DNA of 64,000 bases, from the NCBI RefSeq assembly GCF_009914755.1, contig NC_060926.1. One strand, written 5' to 3'. The translations under genes and the position numbers were made by a program. Source of the DNA: the human T2T-CHM13v2.0 reference genome, Homo sapiens. Positions 25,335-41,093 of this stretch are shown piece by piece. The notes under the pieces were generated by a model. The model searched no databases and was not told the origin of the DNA. It was given only the letters and a program-made list of their open reading frames with translations. Position 1 is the stretch's first letter, and each line of letters opens with the position of its first letter.

Positions 25335-25715
25335 TGTAGAGGAGAAAGCACCTCTATCTTGGATGCCTATCTGCCATGTTGACTTCTGATTAACCTCAGC
25401 TTCGGGAATGGCTTTAAGATTTCTACTTTCCTGTACTTACCATAAATCCCGTCTGTAGGTAAATCCTTGCCTTTCCCTGAAGAGTCGACTGTCCCACACA
25501 TTCCTTCCCTGTGGAAGGAATAAGCTTTGGGTCTGGAGGATAACAGTGCTAGGATCCACCACCTCCTCTCGAGGCTGCCAGGACATAGCTTCTGTTCCTA
25601 AATCTCTATTAAATGTTTCTTTCTGAGAAACGGGATTTGTCAGCCTCTTTCTTAGGCCTCTCAACTCTCTCAGCCTTTGAGGGTAGTGTTGTGTATGTCT
25701 GCTCACCGTGGAAAA
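25335..25715 (+). mobile_element. Solo ERV LTR, LTR47-like
   Basis: Starts TG (tgtagaggagaaagc...atcttggatgc...gccatgttgacttctgattaac); ATTAAA signal; perfect 5-bp TSD actac (25330-25334 / 25716-25720). Confidence 0.85.
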
Positions 25716-26034
25716 ACTACATATAACGGAAACTGACTTGAAAGTATAAGGGCATACACATGATAGTCTAAGAACAAAGAAAATTAAAGACTGTATTCTG
25801 CTATTGAGAAATGGGAAGACAGATGCCCTGTAATTCTATGTGGCTGGAAGAGGAGTTCCCAGACTTACTTAGCAACAGCATTGTTTTACCTCATTGTCTC
25901 TGTTAATACCTGACAAAAGAAGAGTTCTTAGGTATGTTTTAGGAACTAGTACATAGGAATTGTTGTTCCCCAAACTGGTTGACCATTAGAAATGCCAAGG
26001 TATTTTTCAGACTCTTTCTGGAGATCCTAATTCA

Positions 26035-26220
<186 letters not shown>

Positions 26221-26756
26221 AAAAGAAAATAAATAATATGAGAAGAGAAGGGATTAAAGAAACGATCCTGAGCACTGGATTCTAATCATTAGTCATAGTC
26301 ATATTTTGAGCTAGTAATCTCAGTTGAAAATTGTATGGGAAAGAGTGACATGTAATCAGATTCTGCAGCTGGTTGGGCTCAAATCAACGAAGAGTCTTAG
26401 TTATCATAAAGCATGAAACGTATTCAGTAAATTTTTTTTTCAAAAACATGGTTTAATCAAGGCATGGTGTGATTATATTTGTTCTCTGGAATGACTGTTA
26501 TGGTAATAACAAGATAGGAAGGGAGATGTATTGTAATAATCTTTGTATACTATGAACCACTTTTGGACCAGAATTGAGTCTGAAGGAGCTGAAAAAAAAA
26601 CAGCAGATTTCAGAAGCAATTCTGAAAAGGAATCACTAATATGGACAATTTGGATTTCAGGGATCACACAAGAGATTTCAAGTCTTTAGCAGGAGCAAAA
26701 GAATTAATGGTAATGACATTGAGGAAAATGAAAGATGAAAATTTCAGTTTTGTGCA

Positions 26757-27005
26757 TAATAATAGTTATTAACATTTATGGAGGGGTTTATTGTATACTT
26801 ATTACCTTTCTAAGCTCTTAACATGTATTAAACGACCTATATCTGTCCTATGATGTAAGTACTATGTATAATACTATGTACTATATTTCTAGGATATCAG
26901 TAAAGAAATTGAGCACTTAGGGGTTTACTAATTCACCCAATATCAAGAGTTAGTAAGCGGCAGAACAGGAATTGAAACACAGTATAACTTTAGAACCTGT
27001 GCTAC
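26757..27005 (-). mobile_element. MIR
   Basis: aataatagttattaacattta...aagaaattgagcacttag...ttagtaagcggcagaacaggaattgaaac. Confidence 0.8.
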
Positions 27006-27118
27006 ATATTATACTGATTCAGGGGTTGTTGACTTTCAGTAGACAATTTCCAACAGACAAATGTACATACTGGTTTTTTACTTCAGTTGGATATATGGAT
27101 GTTAGTAAGATTTTATAA

Positions 27119-27461
<343 letters not shown>

Positions 27462-27669
27462 CTTATAATGGCAAATCTTAATCTCCAGTGCTAGGATCAA
27501 GGCAGCATTAAGTCTTGGAGATATAATAATACTTAATTTGCTTACAATGATATTCAAATAAGGAAATGGTGATACTTTCACTGATAACTGAAGACTTGGA
27601 AATGAATAAGTTTGGCTACAGAGCATGTGACAACTCCTCTGAAAGATGACAGCCATCTTTTTAATGTTT

Positions 27670-27870
27670 TTCCTGCCAATATATCGATGCCATTCCCTCA
27701 CTGACAGGTAGAGTTTTTCTTCTCTTCTTGAATCTGGGCTGGCCTTACTGACTTGTTTAATTAACAGAAAGTGGCAGAAGATACTTCAGAATCTAGGATA
27801 TCAAAGCTGTACAGCTTCTGTTCTTGTCTCTTAAAAATCAATATTTGGGAGAAGCCAGCGCATTTATTCA
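27670..27870 (+). mobile_element. MLT1 (F/G/H-like) LTR 5' fragment
   Basis: cttgaatctgggctggcctt...gacttgtttaattaacagaaagtggcagaag...gcttctgttcttgtctctt. Confidence 0.7.
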
Positions 27871-27919
27871 TCCTTCTTTTGCTCTTCAATTTTTCTTACA
27901 TGCCTCTCTTCCTTTTGGC

Positions 27920-28690
27920 ATTAACTTTCTGTCTGAGATCATACTTCAGTGATAGTTTATTGGTGATAAAGTCTGTTTGAGGTGTGTTTCTTTGGTTTCT
28001 GAAAATGCATTCATTCCTGCAGTATAATTTAACTTTCTATAAAATCATTGGTTGAAAAGTATTCTCCTATAACTTCCTGGAATTTTTTTAAAAGGATCCC
28101 ATTGATTCTACTGAGAAGTCAGTTGCCAAGCAATTTATTCTTTGTAGAAAAAATAGGATATTTAAATATATTTTAAGATGTGCTCTCTTTTTTTCAGCTG
28201 TTTTCCCATTCTATGTCTGTCTTAGTATGTTTTTATTTGCATTTATGTGGCTTGTGGTTCATTGCATCATTTGCAACTGTAATTTTATGACTTTCATAAG
28301 CATGAGGGAATTCTCAGGCATTATGTCATCAAATATTTCTTCCTCATTCTCCTCTCCCCTTTCCTTCCAGGAAATGCAATATGTACAAACTTCACCTTTC
28401 AGTTGTTTCACAAATATCTTAATAATTTTTTCTGCCTTTGCAACAGTAATGACTCTATGCTTCAGTATGGATATTATATTCTGTTTGACTAACTCCTTTT
28501 TAGTTGGCAAATGCCTCTAGAATAAAAGTGATGGCAAAAGTAATTCTTATTTCTTGAGGCTTCTATTCTCTCCAGGAACTTGGCATCGTAAGTGTTTCAT
28601 AAGTTAGTGACTTTACAATGTCTTATAAAATGGTTTTGAACATGTTTCAAATTCTATTAATAGGAGAATTAATTAAGAAGATCAATTAGT
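27920..28690 (-). mobile_element. Old L1ME/HAL1-like fragment
   Basis: Antisense ORF1-like motifs (tttctgaaaatg; ctactgagaagtcagttg; gaattctcaggcattatgtcatcaaatattt). Confidence 0.45.
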
Positions 28691-29283
28691 CTAATATGAA
28701 GTAGAGGAATTACCTAAAACAAGTTTCAATGTCATATCAAAAAAACAGTAAACTTTCACTTTAAAAACATTTATTTAATGGGAAATAGAGAAATAGATAT
28801 ATCTGCTGTTCAAATGAAACGTGTTCATAAAAAGAAAAAGGAAAATGTAACAGATAACCTTACACCAGGAAGGAGCAACTATCATTAACATTTGGTGAAT
28901 TTTATAATTTTATACCAAGCACTCACTATGTATAATTAAATGTAGAAATATAAAAATGAAGTAATTGATAGAAAGAAAAAATGAAGAAATTGAAGATATT
29001 TTAAATTGCATTTTATTATATATACTATTTTAATTAAAATAATTACGTTTTGAATTTATTTGAATTTACCCATAAGAAGAAAAACTAAAATATAATGGAA
29101 GGAATTTCAAAAGTTCATATAAATGCTTTTTCATCATTTTCACTTCACATTGTCAACTTTTATAATTTTTATATTATCTTTTTAAAGTTACTTGCATAGT
29201 TTTAATCTTCCTCCCATATTTCAATGTATACCTTACTTGCTGGTTTTCTTTAGTGAATATCTTATTATTTGTGAGTTACTTAA

Positions 29284-29673
<390 letters not shown>

Positions 29674-32057
29674 AATCAATACTTGAAAATAGTTTGTAAA
29701 TTGTCTGAAAACAAAACAAAACAAAACAAAACCCTTTTTCTTTTGATGCTCGGTCTTTTCCACTCTTTAGCTTACTGTAAATATTATTTCTTTAAATGTG
29801 GCATTAGAACAGCCACATGCTATGTACTCGTAGATGTGTATAAGAAGATTAGGAGAGTTCTATAATGGCAGATACATAATAGGACCCTCTGAAAGATTCA
29901 AAATTCGTCCTGGCTTCTTCATCCTTAACTCTATTATATGGATAGCAGCTTCTGTGAATATCTGTGGTATAAGATTGGCCATTCTGCTACCTGAATTTCT
30001 ACTTTCTGGGACCTTTGATTCTGTATTCAATACAGTTACATAAATTATCTTATAAAAGTATCACTACAAATTTATATGAAGACTTCCTATATTAATAATA
30101 TTTTCCACTGGAAATATCTCAAATATCCAAATAATTACACAGCTGATTGTCGCACTAGATTGCCATGTTTTATGAAAATGAAAATTCAGACAGATTAACT
30201 TTCACAAATATTTATTAAGTGATTCCTATGACCAAGGCACAGATTTTTGTTGTTGTTGTTGTTAATATAAATTTCTTTATTAAATGTGCTGTAGCTACTA
30301 ATCCTGACCTGGTCTATTTCTGTCATGCGTTGGCCAAGAAGCTTTTGGCCTAATGAGGAGAGTTAAGTCATTGGTTTTTGGAAAACTTTCCCTTTCCCTA
30401 AAGGCTGATTCTTAACTTTCTGTCTTCCGTCTTCAAAGATAAGAGAAATAAGTTAAACAGAAAATGAAAGATACCCTTCCACCTGCAGCATAATAATAAA
30501 GATTGTTTAGTTCACTCTCCTCTTGTTACTCTTTCAATCATTGAATCCCTAGTTTCTTCAACAAACAAGGGTGTTTTCTTTTGACAACATGTCATTGACC
30601 TACTTGTACTGTATCAGCCATATTTTTCAGGAAAAAAAAGTAAGAGACAAAGAGAGATAAAGTAGTCAAATGACAGCAAATCAAATGAAAGAAGGTCTTT
30701 GTTTCCATTCAGCTTCGTTTGTAATCATGTTTCCTCATGTCTAAAAGCCCTGTCTCTAGTGTGGTGAACTCATGTGGTCTTTAATTCATATCAAGAGCTT
30801 TCTTGAAAAATTTAATTTTGTTTTTGCTTTTCATCTTTGCTACTTTCCTTCTTCTAATTGCATGCTTCTAGATAGTATTGCTAGTTAGCTTTTACCAAAC
30901 CATTCTTGGATGCTAATTCTGAATGCTTTTCAGAGGCAAAGTTAGAGTTCTGTTGGCCAAAAATGTTTAACTTCCACTCTATACTAATAAATTATTTTTT
31001 AGTGATAGCATTTCATTTTCTTAAAGCATTCTGAGCCTGTTTACTTCAGGACAAATATATCAAACATTTTCTTCCATAAAATGACCTCTCCAAGAGATCT
31101 TCTTTGAAATACAGACTAATAAGTCAGCCAGGTCTTTCTTGACACCAATAGCTCCATTCTTACTAACCTGAAGTGTTACAAAGTACCGTAAGAGGGCTAC
31201 AATTGGGAAAATAAACTTTGTCAAGGAGTAGGCCAGGGAAGACTTAGCAGAAATCCCATTTTATATCGACCTTCAGAAAAGATGAAGATATTTATAAAAA
31301 TAACAATAGAGTAATAGCAAAACATTATAGGTTGATAGTGAAATCATATGTAGACCTAGATACAGAAGCAGCAGGATGAGAGTAGAGAAGCACAATTATT
31401 TTGATTGGATGAAAATTTAAGTCGCATATATGAAAAGATAAGAAAGTAAGGCTGTATTTATGTCACCAACTAACTGCTAGTTTAATCAGTTCCTTAGTCC
31501 AAAGCAAAACATTATTTAAATTTGGAAGAGCCATGCATAGCTAGTGCATTAAAAGAATGTCACATTTTATACCGTAAAAAGGTGTTAAATTTATCTGTGA
31601 GAATAAGTGTTTAGCTTAGAAAAACTGAGTAACAGAGAATAATTGTACTTTCTGAGTCTGTTGTTGACCTTCTTTTGGGAAAACCATATGAAAATCTCTA
31701 GTTTCTAATAGAAAGGCTGTTTATGTAGTTCTGATCTCAATTATTTAGGGCCCCTATTTCATTTTATTGCATTTTATGCCTTGTACCACATGGTCACTTT
31801 TCTTGGCCATATGAAAATATTGTATAATAAAAATACTGGAATGTTGGACTTTCAGATTTAGATCCTTCTCAAGAAAAGCAGAAATTTAGAAAAAAGACAT
31901 AGAAGGGCATTAATGTAACTATTTTATTATTCTATTTCTTAAAGTATAAACTGCTGATGGAGTGAATTAGATTTTTTCAAAAATCAAGAAATATGAAGTT
32001 GAATATAATTCTCATTGATTAATAGCTGTGGTTCAGTAAACTGTTGTTTCAAAATCT

Positions 32058-32390
32058 ACATATATAAATATTACTACAAATATGTATCAAATACATATAT
32101 ATTTATATCTATCTATATATCTATATTTAAATATGACTTATTACATTTATCATATATACTTATCAACTATATATACTTATTTATATATTTGGTATATTTA
32201 TATCATATATTATATAACATATATTTAATATCATATATTATATATTTAATATAAAGTATATATTTATATATATTTACATTTACCAAATACATATGTATAA
32301 AATTACCAAATATATATATGGTAAATATTTGTAGTAAGTCATATTTTATATAAATTTTATATACATATTATATATATATATTTATATGTG
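32058..32390. repeat. AT-rich (TA)n-like low-complexity tract
   Basis: Degenerate tatat repeats. Confidence 0.85.
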
Positions 32391-32842
32391 CCATATCCTT
32401 CAGGGGATATTTTAGTACCTAACTGGTATGCTTGATCTCATACAATATATACATTATGCATCTATATCAGAGTATTTTACACAAAATACACAGAAATAAT
32501 TATAACATTGTTATTCAATACATGTATAATGAAATTAGGGACACTTTTTTGTTAATTTTAACATTCTTGTCACAAGATAATATATCAGGCAGAGAGTATG
32601 TTTCAGGAATGGAAACTAAAGACAGAGAACAAGACAGAAATAAAAGGATAATTCAGTATCTAAAATGTCCAGTTTTTAAAAAATGAGAGAGTAAACAAAA
32701 CAGACAGGCAACTGCAACCCATACACAGAGTAAATTAAATAGACAATAGAAATTGCCTTTGAATGGGCCCAGATGGTGGTTTAACCAAACAAACCACCAA
32801 ATAAGCTGTACTTTGGTGTGGAGAAGTGTTGATGGATGAATA

Positions 32843-33216
32843 AGTCAAGGTTCTTCAGAGAAACAGAACCAATAACACATATATGTGTGTACACACACAC
32901 ACATTATGAAAGATATATATAAAAAGTATGTATATAAATATTTTCTATCTCTTTCACACAATTATGGACTCTGGCAAGTCCAGTATCTGCATTGTATTTA
33001 CCAGTTAGAATTCAAAGGCTGTCAGGCACTTATAGAACAAAGAGGAGCTGGTGTCCCAGCTTGAGTCTGAAGGCTAGATAACAAAGGAGAGTCAAAGTTC
33101 AAGTTCAAAAGCCATCCTCCAGGAGAATGCTATTTTATTCCGGGGAGGGTTCACCTTTTGTTTTATTCAGGCCTTCAGATGATGATATGAGGCCCACTCA
33201 CATAATGGAGGTTAAT
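32843..33216 (-). mobile_element. MLT2 (C/D-like, ERVL) LTR
   Basis: ggttcttcagagaaacagaaccaata...cacacaattatgga...ggcaagtcc...caggccttcagatgat...gaggcccactcacataatggagg. Confidence 0.85.
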
Positions 33217-33379
33217 TCTCTCTCTTGTTCACCACCCTCTAGCTTTCCTGAATTCCTTTTGGACTCTCAGACCCCAGAGACTTTTCCATGTATATTCAGA
33301 TGCAATGGTAGCTGCCTTTCCACCCCTCAGAAATATACTAGTTTGGCCCTGGATCAACCCACCTATTTCATCCCTTCAC

Positions 33380-33830
<451 letters not shown>

Positions 33831-34319
33831 ACGAAAGCTTCTGGTTGCCAAATAATTTTACAGCTGATGGACAACTTTCATCAAAGTCTAATCAATTACT
33901 GATTCACAATAATTCCATGCCTAATAATCACTGCAAATATATTAAATGCTTAGGCTGGCTAATAACTTTCCCAGGGACATTTTTAGTTCTGTGCTTTAGC
34001 TATCTACATACATTTTTGGAGAAGAATGTCTTCATATATCTGATGAAAAAGAGTCACTAGTGAGCAGGATAACCATGAAGTTAATTGAGACAAACTAGTT
34101 TAATTGCTACAAATCCAAAAAAGCAACATGGTCCTTCCAATTCAAATATTTCAATCAATAAATAATTATTGAGCATTTTCCAGTTGCAAGGTCCTAGAAA
34201 ATTATTCAGAGATAAAGAAAAAAATGCTACTACTTTTCTTCAAGAATGATTCAATCTATATAAGACGGAGGTGAGTATAATAATGGTGAAAACATGATTG
34301 AGATATTAATATAAACATA

Positions 34320-34361
34320 TGTATGTGTGTGTGAATGTGTGTGTGTGTGTGTGTGTGTGTG
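34320..34361. repeat. (TG)n microsatellite
   Basis: tgtatgtgtgtgtgaatgtgtgtgtgtgtgtgtgtgtgtgtg. Confidence 0.95.
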
Positions 34362-36689
34362 GTGGGGGGAGCTTTAAAGGAAGGAATTATTTTGATGTGC
34401 TTAGGTAAAATGTTTTCAGGTCAATGAAATATGTGGCTTTTGCACTGGGCCTTAAAAATTTGAATTTAGAGATGCTGAGACGATTAATAAAGGAAATTTC
34501 AAGACTGAAGCTACAATGTAAAGAAATATTGGAGTAAATCGCTATTTTGACTGATGAGTTATGGTTCTGGATTCTGACTTACTTTTCCTAATCAAAGAAA
34601 AACAAGCAAAAAGGGTTGGGGGGAAGAACTCTTAAAAACAGATCCAAGAAGTGAAAATTTAAATAATACTACTTGATATTTCCTTCACTATTTTTGAGTA
34701 AATTCTTCTCTGAGATAATCCTGAGACAATGAAGAACCTCATGATTAATAATAGTTTTAAAATTACTGAAAAGGCAAATTAATTAATTTTCCAATAAAAC
34801 CTATGATACATGCCTATTTCTTCTTAACTCGCAGCCAAAATCTTTCTTAAAGCAACTACACTTTCAGGGTTATTCCAGGTCTGTAGTTCTTGATCTATGA
34901 AACCAGAAATAGAAGCCCTCTCTGTGTCTTTTTATAATTTTTGTCTACCAGTAACTTTGGAATATATATGAGTTTATTCCAGAAAGAAAGTGAATGCATA
35001 TCATTAAGACTTTACATTCTAGTACATTATGTACCATCTTTGTGATATGTGTTAAATATGTCACAAGTTCTTATGACAACCAGTGTGAAGATTAGTGGAT
35101 TATCATCATTTTTAACTGATTGTCAAGAGCAAAACTGATCTATGAGATTCCTTTTAGCATTGTTTCCTTCCTGTTGTCATATATTTCACGTTTGTAGGAG
35201 CCAAGTCATATATTCTTTAAATTTCAACTAGTAGCATAACATATCTTCTTTTAAAAATAGTGCATTTAATATACAATTTATCAAAATTCTTATGTCTGAC
35301 TTAAAGATGTGGAGGAAGAAATGGAATAGTAACATTACCAGTGTCAATCGAGGAGGGAAGGAAATGAAGTGCCCATTATCAATGAATGAATGAATGCGTG
35401 GGTAAAAATAGAATTAGATATGTGTGAATGAATCAATTCAGAATTCCAGCATATTAGGAAATCTTCATGTGGTTTAGTGATGGTTGATAAATTCAGGGTA
35501 GAAATAAGTAAACATATCACCCATCTTTCTGTAGCTCTCTGACTACCCAGTTCCTCTTTTCGTGTAAATAGGAAGCATATTATCAAATACACTTAAATAT
35601 GTATCAGAAATTAGATAAGAATTCCAGAAAATAAAAGTGTCCACAATTTAAATAATTCTGTAGAAAAAGAATGTCCTAAAAATTATATGTCCTTTGCATA
35701 CACTCTTGAAAATTCTAATGTCCTAACTTGTTCTGATAAACTTTAAAAAACATTATCTCATTTAATACACAGAGAAAACAGCTAGCTTGTTCTAGGTTAG
35801 GCTGATGGTAAAAGGCAAAGCAAAGATTTAAGCCAGTATCTGATTCCAAAGGCTATCCTTTGTTATACAAATTAACAAGCTTCCCCACTGGGGGAAAATA
35901 TTTCCCCTCCTAATCACTTATAGGAAGGAGACAAATCTGCTACCAACCTCTGATGAGTATTGCTTTATCTCTTCAATTCAATTACATTTATAGCTTTATC
36001 TGAATACACAAATGCAGAAGTCTCCACAGGCATCATAGTGAAGTGTATTATTGTTATTTGTTGTTTCTATATAGTATTAAATGATCACATCTTGATAAAT
36101 TAAAACCTGCTCCTGGAAGTTGTAAAATAATGTTTGAAACATCAGTGTTCATGTTGTCAGTAAGAATTTTTGAATTCCTAGAGGGTAACTAAATATAAAA
36201 TAATAAGTAACTGACTTAGAGATCTCAAACTTTTCATCAATCAAAAGAGCTGTTCTCGCTTCTGTGACTCTTCACCAATGGGCAGTCCTACATGAAGCAG
36301 GAAACATACTACTCCTATTAATATATCAGAATGTGACTAATATTGATTTAGCAGTCTATTCATTTCATCATCTCCTAAATCACAGGAAAAGCTAACTGGC
36401 AAGGCCAAAAAAAGGCATTAAGCAAAATACTATTATATTTTTGCAAAGAAACAATACAATTGTTTATGCAGACAAAGAATCTTCAGAAGTTGACATGCAA
36501 TGCATACTTCCTGAAGAAATATATTCTATCCTGGCTCTAGCACTGAAATACTATGTGGTCTGGGGAAGTCATTTTATTCACTCCGGTTTTACCTTTTTAA
36601 AATGAAAGAATTGACCTCTAAGTGTCTTCTTACTTTATATTTCTCAACCTGTGAAGCAGAACAGTGACTTAGAAATAAATATTCTAGAT

Positions 36690-36897
36690 TAGTGCTCTCT
36701 AAAATAAATTTTTGTAATAAAGTAAATGTTCAATATCTGGGCTGTCCAGTAAGATATTCACTATCTTAGATAGCCCTTGAGCATTTGTAATGTGGTTAGT
36801 ATAAGTGAAGGCTTGTATTTTAAATTTCTTTTAAATTAAACTAATATAAATTTACATATCCACATGTGATTAGTTGCAACTCTATTGGCCAGTAAAG
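36690..36897 (+). mobile_element. MER3 (hAT-Charlie MITE)
   Basis: agtgctctctaaaa...aaatgttcaatatctgggctgtcca...ccacatgtgattagttgc...attggccag; 8-bp TSD ttctagat / ttttagat. Confidence 0.85.
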
Positions 36898-37129
36898 TTT
36901 TAGATGGGAGTGATTTTATGGATTGTTGAATTTCCATAGAGTGTAATTATGATGATTATTAAGGTCATTTATTTAGGGATCATTCTTTGAAAGGCAGCTG
37001 ACTGTGGCTGAAGGGCAATAGACTAAGAAGCTGAGTTTTAGTTTTAGCTTTGACTTTAACTTGCCATTTGACATTAGCAAACAATTTTATCCCAGTGGTT
37101 TATAATTTGTTTACAATTCTTTTTAAGAG

Positions 37130-37575
37130 GCCACACCCAGTGACTATGGCAGTATAGCGAACATTGAACATATATTTTTCCTAAGAAAACAATAAATAAA
37201 GTGGTAAAAACTATTAGAATCAACTTTTTCAGAACTCTGAAAACTAATGAAAAGCTTCAGCAAACCAAGGGAATACTTAATATAGAAAAACAATTGGTAA
37301 AATAGCTGTGTAGCATTTTAACTTATCCTCATACCTTTTCTGAATCCCTCTGAAGAGGACTTGAAGACAATAGTCCATACACCCAGTAAAGGTACCTGAT
37401 ACTAGAGTGAGCAAGACACAGCTTACTTTAAAAAAATTGAGTTTTTTTGTTTTTCCTGTTTGGTAGATTTCTGAATGACTCATACAAAAGCCTTGCCATT
37501 TTCTTCCATACCTCAGGATTCTCCCAGGGTTGAGGCAGCTTTCCAAGAAGGATTTGTTTAAAATATTCAAAGGCA
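37130..37575 (+). mobile_element. Old L1M 5' region (continues at 43541)
   Basis: aatcaactttttcagaactctgaaaactaa...agcaaaccaagggaatacttaa; split by the L1PA7/8 TSD. Confidence 0.6.
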
Positions 37576-38881
37576 GCAGGGTGGGCAAGATGGCCAAGTA
37601 AGAACAGCTCCAGTCTGCAGCTCCCAGCAAGGTCAACGCAGAAGGTGGGTGATTTCTGCATTTCCAATTGAAGTACTAGGCTCATCTCATTGGGACTGGT
37701 TAGACAGTGGGTGCAGCCCATGGAGGGCGAGCCAAAGCAGAGTGGGAAGTTGCCTTACCCAGGAAGCACAAGGGGTTGGGGAACCCCCTCCCCTAGCCAA
37801 GGGAAGCCATGAGGGACTGCCTGAGGAACTGTGCACTCTGGCCTAGATACTACACTTTTCCCACGGTCTTCACAACCACAACCTACAGACCAGGAGATTC
37901 CCTTGGGTGCCTACACCACCAGAGCCCTGGGTTTCAAGCAGAAAACTGGGCAGCCTTTAGGGCAGACACCGAGCTAGCTGTAGGAGTTTTTTTCATACCC
38001 CAGTGGTGCCTGGAATGGCAACTAGACAGAACCATTCACTCCCTGGGAAAGGGGGCTGAAGCCAGGGAGTCAAGTGGTCCAGCTCAGCAGATCCCACCCC
38101 CACAGAGCCCAGCAAGCAAAGATCCACTGGCTTGAAATTCTCGCTGCCAGGGCAGCAGTCTGAAGTTGACCTGGGACATTTGAGCTTGGTGTGGGGAGGG
38201 GCATCCACTATTACTGAGGCTTGAGCAGCCAGTTTTCCCCTCACAGTGCAAACAAAGCCACCAGGAAGTTCCAACTGGGCAATGCCCACTGCAGCTCAGC
38301 AAAGCTGTGGTAGCCAGACTGCCTGTCTAGATTCTTCCTCTCTGGGCAGAGCATCTCTGAAAGAAAGGTAGCAGCCCCCGTCAGGGGCTTATAGATAAAA
38401 CTCTCATCTACCTGGGACAAAGCACCTTGGGGAAGGGGCAGCCTGCCAGCTCTGAAGAGAGCAGCGGATCTCCCGGCACAGAGCTCAAGCTCTGCTAAGG
38501 GATAGACTGCCTCCTCAAGTGGGTCCATGACCCCTGTGCCTCCTGACTGGAAGACAACTCCTAGCAGGTGTTGACAGACACCTCATACAGGAGAGCTCTG
38601 GCTGCCATCTGCTGGTTCCCCTCTGGGACGAAGCTTCCAAAGGAGGAACAGGCAGCAATCTTTGCTGTTCGGCAGCCTCCACTGGTGATAGCCAGGCAAA
38701 CACGGTCTGGAGTGGACCTCCAGCAAACTCCAGCAGACCTGCAGCAGAGAGGCCTGACTGTTAGGAGGAAAACTAACAAACAGAGAGGAATACCATCAAC
38801 ATCAACAAAAAGGAAGTCCACACAGAAACCCCATCCAAAGGTCATCAGCATCAAAGACCAAAGATAGATAAATCCATGAAG

Positions 38882-39904
38882 ATGAGGAAAAACCAGTGCA
38901 AAAAAGGCTGAAAATTTCAAAAGCCAGAATGCCTCTTCTCTTCCAAAGGATCACAACTCCTCGCCAGCAAGGGAACAAAACTGGATGGAGAATGAGTTTG
39001 ATTCATTGACAGAAGTAGGCTTCAGAAGGTAGGTAATAACAAACTCCTTAGAGCTAAAGGAGTATGTTCTAACCCAATGCAAGGAAGCTAAGAACCTTGA
39101 AAAAAGGTTAGAGGAATTGGTAACTAGAATAAGGCAGTTTAGAGAAGAACATAAATGACATGATGGGATAAAAACACAGCACGAGAACTTCGTGAAGCAT
39201 ACACAAGTATCAATAGCTGAATCAATCAAGCAGAAGAAAGGATATCAGAGATTGAAGATCAACTTACTGCAGTAAAGCGTGAAGACAAGATTAGAGAGAA
39301 AAAAAGGAAAAGGAATGAACAAAGCTTCCAAGAAATATGGGACTATGCAAAGAGACCAAACCTATATTTGTTTGGTGTACCTGAAAGTGACAGGGAGATT
39401 AGAACCAAGTTAGAAAACACTCTTCAGGATATTATCCAGGAGAACTTTTCCAACCTAGCAAGATAGGCCAACATTCAAATTCAGAAAATACAGAGAACAC
39501 CACAAAGATACTCCTCAAGAAGAGTAACCCCAAGACACATAAACGTCAGATTCACCAAGGTTGAAATGATGGAAAAAATGTTAAGGGCAGCAAGAAAGGT
39601 TGGGTTACTTACAAAGGGAAGCCCATCAGACTATCAGCGGATCTCTTGGCAGAAACCTTACAAGCCAGAAGAGAGTGGAGGCCAATATTCAACATTCTTA
39701 AAGAAAATAATTTTCAACCCAGAATTTCAAATCCAGCCAAACTAAGCTTCATAAGTGAAGGAAAAATAAAATTTTTTTACAGACAAGCAAATGCTGAGCG
39801 ATTTTGTTACCACTAGGCCTGCCTTACAAGAGTTCCTAAAGGAAGTACTAAACATGGAAAGGAACAACCAATACCAGCCACTGCAAAAACATACCAAATT
39901 GTAA
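38882..39904 (+). pseudogene. L1 ORF1p remnant (stops and frameshifts)
   Basis: atgaggaaaaaccag start, ttgtaa end; colinear with ORF1 of the L1PA4 copy. Confidence 0.85.
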
Positions 39905-39964
39905 AGACCATTGACATGAAGAAACTGCATTAACTAACGGCCAAAATAACCAGCTAGCATCATA

Positions 39965-41057
39965 ATGACAGGATCAAATTCACACATAACAACATTAACC
40001 TTAAATGCAAATGGGCTAAATGTCCCAATTAAAAGACACAGACTGGCAAATTGGATAGAGTCAAGATCCTTCAATGTGCTGTATTCAGCAGATCCATCTC
40101 ATGTGCAAAGACATATAGGCTTAAAATAAAGGGATGGAGGAATATTTACCAACAAATGGAAAGCAAAAAAAGAAAAAAAAAAAAAGCAGGGGTTGCAATC
40201 CTTATCTCTGATAAAACAGACTTTAAACCAAGAAAGATCAAAAGAGACACAGAAGGGCATTACATAATGGTGAAGGGATCAATGCAACAAGAAGAGCTAA
40301 CTATCCTAAATAGATATGCACCCAATACAGGAGCACCCAGTTTCATAAAGCAAGTTCTTATAGACCTACAAAAAGACTTAGACTCCCACACAATAATAGT
40401 GGTAGACTTTAACACCCCACTGTCAATATTAGACAGATCAATGAGACAGAAAACTAAAAAGGATATTCCGGACTTGAACTCAGCTCTTGACCAAGTGGAC
40501 CTAATAGACATCTACAGAACTCTACCCCCAAAATCAACAGAATATACATTCTTCTCAGCAATATATCACACTTATTCTAAAATTGACCACATAATTGTAT
40601 AAAAGTTAAACCCTCCTTAGCAAATGCAAAAGAACAGAAGTCATAACAAACAGTCTCTCAGACCATGGTGCAATCAAATTAGAACTCAGGATTAAGAAAC
40701 TCACTCAAAACCACACAACTACATAGAAACTGAACAACCTGTTCCTGAATGACTACTGGGTAAATAAATAAATTAAGGCAGAAACAAATAAGTACTTTTA
40801 AACCAATAAGAACAAAGGCACAGCGTACCATAATCTCTGAGACACATTTAAAGCAGTGTTTAGAGGGAAATTTATTGCACTAAATGCCCACAAGAGAAAG
40901 CATGAAATATCTAAAATTGACACCCTAACATCACTATTAAAAGAACTAGAGAAGCAAGAGTAAACAATTTCAAAAGCTAACAGAAGACAAGAAAAAGAGA
41001 GACTCCTTCCTAACTCATTTTATGAGGCAAGCATCATCCTGATACCAAAACCTGACA

Positions 41058-41093
<36 letters not shown>

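Noticed and set aside
35881-35907. Overlapping short palindromes ttccccactgggggaaaatatttcccc
   Set aside because: Stems of only 6-7 bp, expected by chance in 64 kb.
37277-39229. Dense cluster of ORFs on both strands
   Set aside because: GC-rich L1 5'UTR and antisense ORF1, where stop codons are scarce.
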